This document shows, one piece after another, positions 51,135-63,374 of a stretch of DNA of 64,000 nucleotides. The stretch comes from Stylophora pistillata (taxonomy: Eukaryota), in contig NW_019218260.1 of the NCBI RefSeq assembly GCF_002571385.2, positions 39,463 to 103,462 on the forward strand, in the 5' to 3' direction. The notes beneath the pieces were generated by a model, which was not told the DNA's origin, ran no database searches, and saw only the letters and a list, made by a program, of their open reading frames with translations. The position numbers and the translations under genes were made by a program. How positions within the stretch are numbered: position 1 is the stretch's first letter; every line of letters begins with the position of its first letter.

Positions 51135-52032
51135 CACAGCCCTTCACGGGTGATTCAACTGGTACACCATGAAGTGTACAAAACAGTAACCACCACGACT
51201 CCAGGCCACAGGACAACATCTACATTACACACAGCCCTTCACGGGTGATTCAACTGGTACACCATGAAGTGTACAAAACAGTAACCACCACGACTCCAGG
51301 CCACAGGACAACATCTACATTACACACAGCCCTTCACGGGTGATTCAACTGGTACACCATGAAGTGTACAAAACAGTAACCACCACGACTCCAGGCCACA
51401 GGACAACATCTACATTACACACAGCCCTTCACGGGTGATTCAACTGGTACACCATGAAGTGTACAAAACAGTAACCACCACGACTCCAGGCCACAGGACA
51501 ACATCTACATTACACACAGCCCTTCACGGGTGATTCAACTGGTACACCATGAAGTGTACAAAACAGTAACCACCACGACTCCAGGCCACAGGACAACATC
51601 TACATTACACACAGCCCTTCACGGGTGATTCAACTGGTACACCATGAAGTGTACAAAACAGTAACCACCACGACTCCAGGCCACAGGACAACATCTACAT
51701 TACACACAGCCCTTCACGGGTGATTCAACTGGTACACCATGAAGTGTACAAAACAGTAACCACCACGACTCCAGGCCACAGGACAACATCTACATTACAC
51801 ACAGCCCTTCACGGGTGATTCAACTGGTACACCATGAAGTGTACAAAACAGTAACCACCACGACTCCAGGCCACAGGACAACATCTACATTACACACAGC
51901 CCTTCACGGGTGATTCAACTGGTACACCATGAAGTGTACAAAACAGTAACCACCACGACTCCAGGCCACAGGACAACATCTACATTACACACAGCCCTTC
52001 ACGGGTGATTCAACTGGTACACCATGAAGTGT
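51135..52032. repeat. Perfect 95-bp tandem array, about 9.4 copies of a stem-loop unit from the YR 3' cassette
   Basis: CACAGCCCTTCACGGG starts at 51135, 51230, 51325 and so on; two diverged copies at about 62810-62997; array ends at an N. Confidence 0.92.
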
Positions 52033-52033
52033 N

Positions 52034-52128
52034 CATGAGACTGAGCACATCCATGGGGCACTCCCCGGGGGTTGGCTACCCCAGCTCGAGTTGTATCCCT
52101 GACGAATGCCTCAGACTCGGACAACAAG
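52034..52128 (-). ncRNA. Conserved structured RNA of unknown class, YR-5 (clipped by N)
   Basis: Nearly identical to the YR-6 copy. Confidence 0.72.
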
Positions 52129-52217
52129 ATGAATCAGTGACCACAAGGAGTTTTTTTTGTTTTTTGTTTTTTGTTTTTTTTTAATTGTTTTTTGAAGATC
52201 GCAATGGGGCCGGCATT

Positions 52218-55200
52218 TCAGCGACGCTTCCGGTACATGTTTTTAACCTTGTTTCGGATACCTTCGAAGGAATTCTCCTCCAAGATCCTCTGAAGAGTAT
52301 CTGAGGAGCAGAGGATAGAACGAAGCTCGGTGTTGGTGGGAGGCTTGTCATATTCTGACAGCGCTGCCTCAAGAGCTTTGGAGTCCTCCAACGACCACTC
52401 CACTCGGCCGGAATCACAGGAAGGTACTTTACTGGAAGTTGAAAGCGCGTGGGACTGTACATACTTCGCAGTGCGGATCGAGGCGGGCTCTTCTTCGAGG
52501 GTGGTGGGTTCTACTGTGGGCCGCGCCTTGATAATGTATCGTACCCTATCCAGCACCTTCTTGACCTTGTCAGCAGAACCAGCAACGTCCCTCAAGACGT
52601 CGTCGGCCTTCATAACGGAGATCACTCTTTCTTTTCCAGGAGGAAAACCTTCTTTGATGTCGTCGCTGAAACACTGATGAACTGCCTTCTTTTCCTCTGA
52701 GGTCAGCGACCTGCAGGGAGAAGTGATTGGTGGTGCAGAATGTATTCCCCTCGGAGTGACGGTGATCTTAGTTGCGATCTTCTTCCCCTCGGGGGTTGTG
52801 GCGATTGTAGGGCTTATCTCGTGCCTTGCAGGGGTGACGGCGGTGTTGGCTGTGATCTGCTGGGAGGCTTGTGCCTCCTGCTCAGTAAGATCTTCCCGCA
52901 AATACCATGTATGAGCGGTTTTTTCTGAGTGGCACATAAGCCTCCTCAGCAGATCCTCGTCAATCTTTTCCCCTGCCCTCTTCTTACTCTTTATTGTGGT
53001 CACGATCCATTTGCGAAAGTCGGTAGCCCTTATCGGCTTATCGGCTCTGATGCCTGATTTTACAATGAAGGCAGAGATCCTCCTCCCTATCGTGCCCTTA
53101 TGATACGGAGCCCCGTCAGCCTTAACGAAAATTGGTGAAGCTGGACTTGTATCTTTTGTTACCAAGGGTCTTAATTTGGTAATGAACACTTGAAGAAGGT
53201 AGAAAAGATAGGGGTCCATCGGAATGGGCGCTGGCCCATCAACCTCCCTTTTGTGGGATGTCACCAGGATCATGTGCCTGGTCTTCTTTTCGTCCCCAGG
53301 GACGAGTTGAACATTGCGAGGGTGGCAGCCTCCAGGGCACCAGGGCGTGTACCCACAGTTCTAGTTAGCATGACAAGAAGGAAGTCCCTCGCCACAGAGT
53401 ACTGTTGTATAGATAGCTGTCCAGCAGACGTCGCCCTGTCTGCCGCGATGAGGGCCACCCTCCCCTCGTTTGCTGGAGCCGAGACCATTATCTCCTCCAC
53501 CTCCTCCGTTGTCAACAGCTCGTCTGCCTCCTTTAAGTACTTAGAGAATCTAGTGGCCGAGGTTTCTTTCGAGATAAACCGGCGCCAGCCCTTAAGGTTA
53601 GAACACAGGTCACTCAATACATTTCTCGTCTCCTCAGTGATGACTGGTAGGGTTTCACGCTTTCCCTTTCGAGTTACGAACTCCAGAAACTTCTGGAGGG
53701 AATTCAGGTAACTCTTGAGGGTTCCAGCAGCCCTGACTGATGGATTGGGTATGACCCCATCCAGCCAAACACGGCTGCCCTCCTCCTCCTCGAGCACCTG
53801 AATATCACCAGAAGGGTCCACCTCACTTAGCAGGGTCTTGACTTGGCATGCGTGCTGCAGCCGATTGCGGTCTTTATGGTATCCAGCAGCCGGGGTGTTC
53901 AAGTACTTAAAAAATCCAACCAGCCAGGTTTGGCGAGGAGTTGACGGTGCAGGCTCTAGAAAGTACGCCTCCTCGTTCGCATATTCTGACTCCGGCAGCT
54001 CATCCTCGGAGTCCTCGCTGCATGTCGGGTCAGGGTCAGGTGTAGATGGCTCTATATTCTCTGGCTGCAGAGGGGTAGGAGGAACAATATCCTCTGGCAA
54101 ACTAGTAGTGGTCTTCAAAGCCTTAGCTGGCAGTTCATCCGCGGAATCATTACTGCATTTATCATCCTCTGGAGCAACTTTTAGCGGACGTTTTTTAGCT
54201 GACTTGGACATTTGGATTTGGATGATTGGAGGTCGCGGCGGTGTTAACAAAGCCAGCTCTTCCTCTTCACCCCTGTAAGACCTGGCCTCCTTAAGGGCTA
54301 CCTTGTATTTTTCGCTGCCAGGGGTCATCCTATGGACTGTCTTCAGATGCTGGGGGAGGTACGATCTCAGGAACCCACAGAATGGCTCTGGGCACCATTG
54401 TTTCCTGCGCCCTTTAAGCAATGTGCCCTTTTTACTCTTTCTTGGAGGCCCCCTCGTCTTGGTTTTTGATAACCCCATATTGAAGAGTTTGTCGACGTCG
54501 TCGTCAAAGATCTCTCTCTTCTCGAGGTGCACATCCACTAAATGGCGTTTCAAATTCGGTCCCTTGTAACCCCTACAGGAAGGCACCTTACAAATTCTAG
54601 TTACGTGTGTACACCTTTTGCTTCCCCTAACCACCTGGGTTTTTTTCCTTTCAACAACTTCTTCATGGTCCTTGCTCAACACAATACTCTCCTTGTCAGC
54701 CTCAACCTTCCCGCTAACAACCTCTTCACCAAGGCCCTTACTTTCTCCTCAAGCCCTCTTAACGCCAGCGCCACCCTTACTATTACTCGACTCGTCACCA
54801 CTACTGTCACTTGCGTTACTACTGTGCCTCCACTCCTCATTGCTACTGTCTTCGTCGCTGGATACCTTCTCTACACTGGTCTCCTTCTTTACACTGGTCT
54901 TCACTCTCTTCTTAATTTTATCATCGTGGCTCTTCTTAGCCTCCCTCAACATTTCTACAGTGTCAATAATGTCTTGAAGGATCTCAGCTGAGCCAGCTGT
55001 TACTTCCCTTCCCTCCAAATTTCTGTTACTGAGAAAGGGCTTGTCCAGGAGGCACTGGTAAACGTAGAGCATGTAAGACAGAGCCTTATATGTGCATTTT
55101 TCAATGTATCGCAGCTGCAAGTGCTTTACAGAAGCACAGAAATAAAACATCTGGACCAGGTCGCTCTCTAGGTCGTCTAAGTTCGTTGCTGGATTGTAGA

Positions 55201-55357
55201 CTTCAGGTCCTTCGAAGTTGCATCCCTCATGCATTCGGAGCCGCCTTAAAGCCACCGGGTCGCCTCCTCCGGCTTCTCCCAGGAGCGCCACTATACTGTC
55301 TAGCTCAACATCGAGCGGTAACGGTCGAGTATCCATTTTGGGCTGGACATGGAACAA
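52218..55357 (-). pseudogene. YR-5 tyrosine recombinase polyprotein, intronless, close to intact (one in-frame TGA, one frameshift)
   Basis: 54749-55357 and 53270-54682 share a frame across one TGA; frameshift near 53300 into 52218-53273. GTRPGAL, SHKRE, TDFRK and LMCHSEKTAHTWY all intact; Myb-like EWSLEDSKAL tail. Confidence 0.9.
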
Positions 55358-57372
55358 TCACACCTTTACTTCAACATGAATCTAGGTTCCTCAAGCTCTA
55401 AGGACATGGTCCGTGAACTACATAAGCGCATGTACAAGCATATAATAACGTGTAAACATGAATAAAAGGACCTCAAAATCTACTAAGGAGGTCCTTCAAC
55501 AATATAACAGCATCAACAAGCATGGAATATTATCACAACATGAATAAAAAGGTCCTCAAGTTCTACTAAGGAGGTCCTTCAACAACAAAGTTCAGACTAG
55601 AAGGCGTTACTTTAACTGCCAGTAACTCGTTTCAAATGAAAGTTCAACCCGAAAAAATTTCATTGTGAAAGAGATATATTTATGCAAATTACCTTGCATG
55701 CAAGAGCATGTATGTACTTACAGTTATTATAGTGAAGTGAGTTATAAAGTTAGACAAGAAGTCCTTGGCTAACTCCACCATCCCAGTAAATTTGAAAGTA
55801 TGAAGTTAAATATTCAATGAGATATAGGCAGTTAAAGTTTGGCCTCGCTTTGGCGTTAAAACCGAGAAAGCCCTGGGTTAGAGCAATCTACGCCCACCAT
55901 TTTGTATAAAACTTTAGCCACTCAAAAGTTCGCGATTTTTTTCTCAATTCGATCCAAACTTAATAGGCTAGTAGACTATGTTAAGGCCTATCTAGAGATA
56001 TAAGTTACGGCGCAAGTTGGGGCAGACTCACTAAGTTATGAAGGTGTAAAGTTTCAATACAAATGACGTCATAAGTCATTAAATGAGGAACAAATTTGTA
56101 CAAAACTAACACCAAATTGTTCCATACAACATGAACAAGGTTAATATAACATCATAACATCAAAAAAGGTCCTCAAGCTCGAATAAGGAGGTCCAACAAC
56201 ATCATTCATCAATAATAATGCTCAAAACTGCACCCTTAAACTTTGAGCAAAGCCTGCACAGAAGCAACGGCTTCTATAAGAAGAAAAATGTTTAAGAAAG
56301 GTGCTCTAGCCCCTTATAAACTTCTTCCTATAGTTGGATTGCCTCTACTCAGTGTTTCAAGGGTGCCAAACAGCAAATATAACAGAGATCAAAGTGTGTG
56401 TAGTTACAGTTATAGAAGCTCGACTGTAATGGTGTTAGCTAGGTGCGCAATGCATGCTTGAACATTTGTTCTAAAACTGCTCAGACTTAAACATGGACTA
56501 NAAAGTTGATTGACAGCTGTCATTTTTAATTAACTTAAGTCACTTATATTGAAGTTTTTATCTAGAAATTCCTAGAAAAAACCGGATGGCAAGATGCAAG
56601 TAGGAAAGATCTAGCACTTAGGGAAAAATTTCAAAAAATTAGGGAGTTTAAAACTTTTTACAATTTTTTCTATATCAAACCCCAGTCTTCTTTACCAGAA
56701 ATGTAAAAACGAGAGGTACACTCAAATAAACCGCCATAACTTTGTAGTTGTAATGTATTAGTTAGCCAAATTTAATACACATCTAGACTAGTCATTACAA
56801 CATTACGTGTGGAAATGTGGTTAAATATCGTTAAGAATCGAGAGAGATAGGACGTGCGAAAAAAGTGAAAAAATTTCAAAAGATTAATTGCTTATTTTTT
56901 TCAATAATCGTAAAGCATATCTTCTCCGAATTACTTTCGCGTTAGTTTAAGGAAAATATGATAAAAACTGAATTTCTTATGAATTTTTTAATTAAAACAA
57001 AATCCAAGATGGCGGACATTAAAAAGGTGCACTCTTTTGAACATCTATAACTCTTACACCCTTGTTGGTTTTTAAGTTGTGAAATTAGAGGGAATGAAAA
57101 GGGACAGGTATCGCATAAAAGGGAATTGTTTCAATATCCCGCATACCAAACTTGGAGGTATGAAATTAATTTTTTCTTCCTTTCCCCTCGATGGTTCATT
57201 TGCGCTCGTTAACCGTAACCCTAACCTGTTTATCTTCTGAATTTGTAGGCAGAATTGGATGAAACTTTGCACAATAAATATCTACCATTAGATCTTTAAG
57301 TAGACCGTAGCACAAGGTCACACAATAAATTCTAAATTTTCTATGAATTTTTTACAGTCGTAGGGTCAGGAC

Positions 57373-57419
57373 GAGCGCAAATGAACAATTAGGGTTAGAT
57401 TCATGGTTCATTTGCGCTC
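57373..57419. other. Putative recombination-site junction between YR-5 and YR-6
   Basis: Perfect 14-bp inverted repeat GAGCGCAAATGAAC / GTTCATTTGCGCTC flanking a 19-bp spacer that contains TTAGGGTTAG (57389-57398). Confidence 0.75.
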
Positions 57420-57695
57420 TTCTGTGGTTCATTTGCACTCGTCGGTGGTTCATTTGCACTCGTCGGTGGTTCATTTGCGCTCGTCGGTGGTTCATTTGCA
57501 CCCGTCGGTGGTTCATTTACGCCCGTAGTGGTTCATTTGCGCTCGTCGATCGTTCATTTGCGCTCGTTGATGGTTCATTTGCGCTCGTTGATGGTTCATT
57601 TGCGCTCGTAAGTGGTTCATTTGCGCTCATTGTGGTTCATTTGCGCTCGTAGTGATTCATCTGCGCTCGTTAGTGTTGGTTCATCTGCGCTTGTT
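57404..57695 (+). repeat. YR-6 left-end minisatellite, ~21-bp units of GGTTCATTTGCGCTCGT
   Basis: About 14 copies. Confidence 0.92.
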
Positions 57696-57987
57696 AGGTT
57701 AGGGTACACTTTGGACTCAATAATTTGTGTTAGGGCCCATTTTTTCTAAGAGTTAGGCCACGTATAGCAACAAATTACCCCTTAGGGTTAAATTGACTGG
57801 TAAAACTCCTATGAAAAATGCGTTCACTGTAAGTAGCTCTAGTGGTTCTATACATACCCATAGGAAACTTTTCTAAGGGCTTTGTATGGGACCACGAGAG
57901 CTACTTACCTGGGAATGCATTTTCGTTCTCCTCCTATCCAGTCGTAGTCAGCCATATTCATAGTTAAAGAATTACTCTTAATCAAAA

Positions 57988-58486
57988 CCATAGTCATAGC
58001 CATAGTCAGTCATAGTCATAGTCAGAGTCATAGTCATAGTCATAGTCATAGTCAGAGTCCAAGTCATAGTCATAGTCAGAGTCAGAGTCATAGTCATAGT
58101 CGTGGGCACAGCCTTACTCTCACTCATAGTCACAGGCATAGTCATAGTCAAAGTCATAGTCAGAGTCATAGTCATAGTCAGAGTGAAAGTCATAGTCAGA
58201 GTCAGAGTCAGTCATAGTCAGAGTCAAAGTCATAGTCATAGTCAGAGTCATAGTCATAGTCAGAGTCATAGTCATAGTCGTGGGCACAGCCTTACTCTCA
58301 CTCATAGTCACAGGCATAGTCATAGTCAAAGTCATAGTCATAGTCATAGTCATAGTCAGAGTGAAAGTCATAGTCATAGTCAGAGTCAGTCATAGTCAGA
58401 GTCAAAGTCATAGTCATAGTCATAGTCATGGGCACAGCCTTACTCTTACTCATAGTCACAGGCATAGTCATAGTCATAGTCATAGT
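57988..58486 (+). repeat. Compound (GTCATA/GTCAGA)n microsatellite
   Basis: Read directly; higher-order unit GGGCACAGCCTTACTCT occurs three times. Confidence 0.92.
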
Positions 58487-58494
58487 CTAACTCC

Positions 58495-61400
58495 TTTTAA
58501 GGCTTGGAAACCACTTCTAAAGAACTAGACATTCGTTTTGGGCATCATTAAACCTATAGCAGGAGTTTGAGGGAGATTTAAAATTTCTACCAAAATGGCC
58601 ATGGTACCCCTTACCAAAAAAATCCAAGATGGCGGACACCAAATGGGGTGCTTTCAGGGGAACTGCTGTAACTCCCTAACCTCTCATGTTCTTGACCTGC
58701 AATTTATGAGAGTGATATATAACATATACAATTAGTGATATATCAAACCACAATTAATTTTTTTAAGAGACAATGGAGTTACAGCTGTTTCAAGATTGCC
58801 CGTCCATCTCACAATTATGATATTTTCACCTAACTCATAGACCTTTGAAAATTTGTAAAAAAATTGAAATACATTGTTTTGACCAGATTATACAAGCATT
58901 ATATAGACCGAAGCATGACGTTTACAACCCTGTGAAATTCTATGGAAAATTTTAAAATTGACCATTCGCCTATATTGACAGAAGTCAATCATAATTGACA
59001 GATGTCAATCAACATCACTGTCATAATTTAAGAATATGACAAGAAAGGCAAAAGATCATTCTTTCATGCCTACAAGTATCAAATTTTTTAAATGAAAAAG
59101 CGTGTCCACCCTTTGTCAAAGTTGGGGCAAAATGGCCCAACAATCCAAGATGGCTGACCCCTTGGCCCGTCCAAGATGGCGGACACTAAATGGGGTGACC
59201 TCGCGGGAAGTGTTATAANTAGACATTCGTTTTGGGCATCATTAAACCTATAGCAGGAGTTTGAGGGAGATTTAAAATTTCTACCAAAATGGCCATGGTA
59301 CCCCTTACCAAAAAAATCCAAGATGGCGGACACCAAATGGGGTGCTTTCAGGGGAACTGCTGTAACTCCCTAACCTCTCATGTTCTTGACCTGCAATTTA
59401 TGAGAGTGATATATAACATATACAATTAGTGATATATCAAACCACAATTAATTTTTTTAAGAGACAATGGAGTTACAGCTGTTTCAAGATTGCCCGTCCA
59501 TCTCACAATTATGATATTTTCACCTAACTCATAGACCTTTGAAAATTTGTAAAAAAATTGAAATACATTGTTTTGACCAGATTATACAAGCATTATATAG
59601 ACCGAAGCATGACGTTTACAACCCTGTGAAATTCTATGGAAAATTTTAAAATTGACCATTCGCCTATATTGACAGAAGTCAATCATAATTGACAGATGTC
59701 AATCAACATCACTGTCATAATTTAAGAATATGATAGGAAAGGCAAAAGATTATTCTTTCATGCCTGTAAGTATCAAGTTTTTTTAATGAAAAACCACGTG
59801 TCCAGCCTTTGTCAAAGTTGGAGGAAAATGGCACCACAATCGAAGATGGCGGACCCCTTGGCCCAACAAATCCAAGATGGCGGACCCTTGGCCCAACAAA
59901 TCCAAGATGGCAGACAGTAAATGGGGTGACCTCGCGGGAAGTGCTATAACTACCGATTCTCTCATGCTGTTGACTTGCAATTTCTGTCAGATATAGACAT
60001 GGCATTGAACTAGTTTGGTAGGGAGTTTGAAGTAATTAGCTTTCGAATCAATTGAGATATGGCGGCTGAAAGATTGACAAGTGAAACGTGTTAGACAGGC
60101 TAAGGGGTGTAAGTCAGAATAACTGTACTTTGGGCTAGAAAACCACTTTTAAGGTGCTAGAGACTCGTTTTGGAGATCAATGAACCTATAGCGGGAGTTT
60201 CAGAGAAATTTAAAATTTTGACCAAAATGGCCATCTTACCCCTTGGCCTAAAAATCCAAGATGGCGGACACTAAGTGGGGTGATCTCGCGAAAAGTGCTA
60301 TAACCACCGATTCTCTCGCGCTGTTGACTTGAAATTTCTCTGAGATATAGACATGACATGGAACTAGTTTGGTAGGAAGTTTGAAGTAATTAGATTCCGA
60401 AACAATTGAGATATGGCGGCTAAAAGATTGACAAGTGATACGTGTAAGACAGGCTAAGAGGTGTAGGTCAGAATAACTGATCTTAAGGCTTCAAAACCAC
60501 TTTTAAGGCACTAAAGACTCGTTTTGGAGATCAATGAACCTATAGCAGGAGTTTCAGAGAAATTTAAAATTTTGATGAAAATGGCCATGCTACCCCTTGG
60601 CCCAACAATCCAAGATGGCGGACACTAAATGGGGTGCTCTCATGGGAACTGCTGTAACTCCCCAACTTCTCATGCTCGTGACCTGCAAGTTACGAGAGTG
60701 ATATATAACATATAGAATTAGTCACATATCAAACCACAATTCATTTCTTTAAGACACAATGGAGTTACAGCTGTTTCAAGATTGCCCGTCCATCTCACAA
60801 TTATGATATTTTCACCTAACTCATAGACCTTTGAAAATTTGTAAAAAAATTGAAATTGTTTTGACCAGATTATACAACCATTATATAGACCAAAGCATGA
60901 CGTTTACAACCCTTTGAAATTCTATGGAAAATTTGACAATTGACATTTCCCCTATATTGACAGAAGTCAATCATAATTGACAGATGTCAATCAACATCAC
61001 TGTCATAATTTAAGAATATGATAGGAAAGGCAAAAGATTATTCTTTCATGCCTGTAANGCTTGTGCCGCCTGCTCAGTAAGATCTTCCTGATCTTAGGCT
61101 TCAAAACCACTTTTAAGGCACTAAAGACTCGTTTTGGAGATCAATGAACCTATAGCAGGAGTTTCAGAGAAATTTAAAATTTTGATGAAAATGGCCATGC
61201 TACCCCTTGGCCCAACAATCCAAGATGGCGGACACTAAATGGGGTGCTCTCATGGGAACTGCTGTAACTCCCCAACTTCTCATGCTCGTGACCTGCAAGT
61301 TACGAGAGTGATATATAACATATAGAATTAGTCACATATCAAACCACAATTCATTTCTTTAAGACACAATGGAGTTACAGCTGTTTCAAGATTGCCCGTC

Positions 61401-62580
61401 CATCTCACAATTATGATATTTTCACCTAACTCATAGACCTTTGAAAATTTGTAAAAAAATTGAAATTGTTTTGACCAGATTATACAACCATTATATAGAC
61501 CAAAGCATGACGTTTACAACCCTTTGAAATTCTATGGAAAATTTGACAATTGACATTTCCCCTATATTGACAGAAGTCAATCATAATTGACAGATGTCAA
61601 TCAACATCACTGGCATAATTTAAGAATATGACAAGAAAGTCAAAAGATCATTCTTTCATGCCTGTAAGTATCAAGTTTTTGTAATGAAAAAACACGTGTC
61701 CACTCTTTGTCAAAGTTGGTGCGAAATGGCCCAACAATCTAAGATGGCGGACCCCTTGGCCCATCGAAGATGGCGGACACTAAATGGGGTGACCTCGCGG
61801 CAAGTGCTATAACTACCGATTCTCTCACGCTGTTGACTTCAAATTTCCCTGAGATGTAGACATGGCATGGCACTAGTTTGGTATGAAGTTTGAAGTAATT
61901 AGCTTTTGATTCAATCGAGATATGGCGGTTGAAAGATTGACAGGTGAAACGTGTAAGACTTGCTAAGGGGTGTAAGTCAGAATAACTGTACTTAGTGCTA
62001 CAAAACCACTTTTAAGGTGCTAGAGACTCGTTTTAGGGATCAATGAACCTATAGCGGGAGTTTCAGAGAAATTTAAAATTTTGACCAAAATGGCCATCTC
62101 ACCTTGAGTCAGTTTGCTAGACATAACGTCTCGTAGTCACGTTCGACGCACTAAAAACTCGGCCCACAAAATTTCATCACAAGGCCATCTCACCCCTTGG
62201 CCTAAAAATCCAAGATGGCGGACACCTAATGGGGTGCTCTGATGGGAAGTGCTATAAGTACTGGTTTTCTCACGCTGTTGACTTGAAATTTCTCTGAGTT
62301 ATAGACATGGCATGGAACTAGTTTATTGTGAAGTCTGATGTTATTTCATTCTGCATCAAGAGAGATATGGTTGTTGCAATATTGAAAAGTCAGACGTGTA
62401 ACATGGGCTAAGGGGTGTAAGTCACAATGACTGGTGTTAAGGCTTCAGAACCACTTTTAAGGCGCTAGAGACTCGTTTTGGAGATCAATGAACCTATAGC
62501 TGGAGTTTGAGAAAAATTTAAAATTTTCACTCAAATGGTCATGCTACCCCTGACTCAAAAAATCCAAGATGGCGGACTCC
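58495..62580 (+). repeat. Internal satellite of YR-6, partly inflated by gap-flanking duplications
   Basis: AAAATGGCCATG..CCCCTT..AATCCAAGATGGCGGACAC units; near-exact repeats across the Ns at 59219 and 61058. Confidence 0.88.
62102..62184. mobile_element. 83-bp miniature insertion with 8-bp target duplication
   Basis: Termini CCTTG...CAAGG; CCATCTCA duplicated at 62094-62101 and 62185-62192 inside a satellite unit. Confidence 0.6.
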
Positions 62581-62740
62581 AAATAAGTAAGGAACAAAGT
62601 ATCGGCTGTTTTGACAGTTTATTTCATACAAGAAAACCAGAGCTACAATGGCTTAGGACTAGCTTTTGGTATCTTCCTCTCAGTCTGGCCACACCTGCGC
62701 AGCACAAGTGTCTGTTTACGGACAGGGTTGCTAGCCCCAC

Positions 62741-62799
62741 GCCCAACCCTCCTCCTTTCTCATCCGGAATTGGGACCGGCAATGGCGGAGTTAACAAAC
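62741..62799 (-). ncRNA. Twister ribozyme (type P1), YR-6, probably impaired
   Basis: UUAACUCCGCCAUUGCCGGUCCCAAUUCCGGAUGAGAAAGGAGGAGGG; the L4 change GC to UU disrupts the short pseudoknot; site between 62793 and 62792. Confidence 0.85.
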
Positions 62800-62809
62800 G
62801 CTACACATA

Positions 62810-63340
62810 CATGCCCTTCACGGGTGATTACACTGGAACACCATGAAGTGTACTAAACAGTGACCACCACGACTCCAGGCCACAGGACAACATCTACATT
62901 ACAAAAAGCCCTTCACGGGTGATTCAACTGGTACACCATTAAGTATACAAAACAGTAACCACCGCGACTCCAGGCCACAGAACAACATATACATTACGCC
63001 AAAAAAAAAAAGTTACTAGGGCAGGTAGTAATAGTCTGTGTTACCTATCCCACAAACACAAAATAGCCAAGACGTGTCATAGGAGGATTCACCTGCTGCA
63101 CAAGTACAGAATTCAGGAACCAACCTAGAGTCCAAGCAACGTTCAACAAGAACACATATACACTACGCCAAAAACGAAATTGTAGTAGGAGAGGTAGTAA
63201 TTGTCTGTGTTACCTATCCCACAAACACAAAATAGCCAGGACTTGTCATAGGAGGATTCACCTGCTGCACAAGTACAGAATTCAGGAACCAGCCTCGAGT
63301 CCAAGCAACGTTCAACAAGACAACATATACATTACGCAAG
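62810..63340 (-). repeat. Stem-loop repeat units between twister and large hairpin (two of 95 bp, two of ~170 bp)
   Basis: Each unit has GG(T/AG)GATTCA...AACCA and ends in an ACAACATATACATTAC-like box. Confidence 0.8.
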
Positions 63341-63374
63341 ATGAAAACGCAACGTGCCAATGTGGTTTGAATCA

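Larger units (their letters stand above)
51135..57388 (-). mobile_element. YR-5: tyrosine-recombinase element, left part (twister, satellite) absent, right end intact
   Basis: Hairpin, A-tract, intronless YR gene, right arm homologous to YR-1; ends GAGCGCAAATGAAC-AA-TTAGGGTTAG. Confidence 0.8.

Noticed and set aside
51135-52032. CRISPR-like array
   Set aside because: Units are identical over their full 95 bp with no variable spacers; eukaryotic context and no cas genes.
22082-55357. DIRS/Ngaro retrotransposon assignment
   Set aside because: No RT/RNase H or gag within the elements, and several copies retain introns.
57978-58528. Thr/Met-, Ser/His- and Val/Ile-repeat ORFs (also 28173-28499 and 30615-30887)
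   Set aside because: These are translations of micro- and minisatellites.
58527-61630. Long exact duplications in YR-6 and a 30-bp piece of YR coding sequence at 61059-61089
   Set aside because: All abut single-N scaffold joins (59219, 61058) and are most likely assembly artefacts.
62975-63340. Pumilio/Nanos response elements (UGUAUAUG followed by GUUGU) in the 3' cassette
   Set aside because: Short motifs, imperfect match to UGUAHAUA and box order reversed; not supportable from sequence alone.
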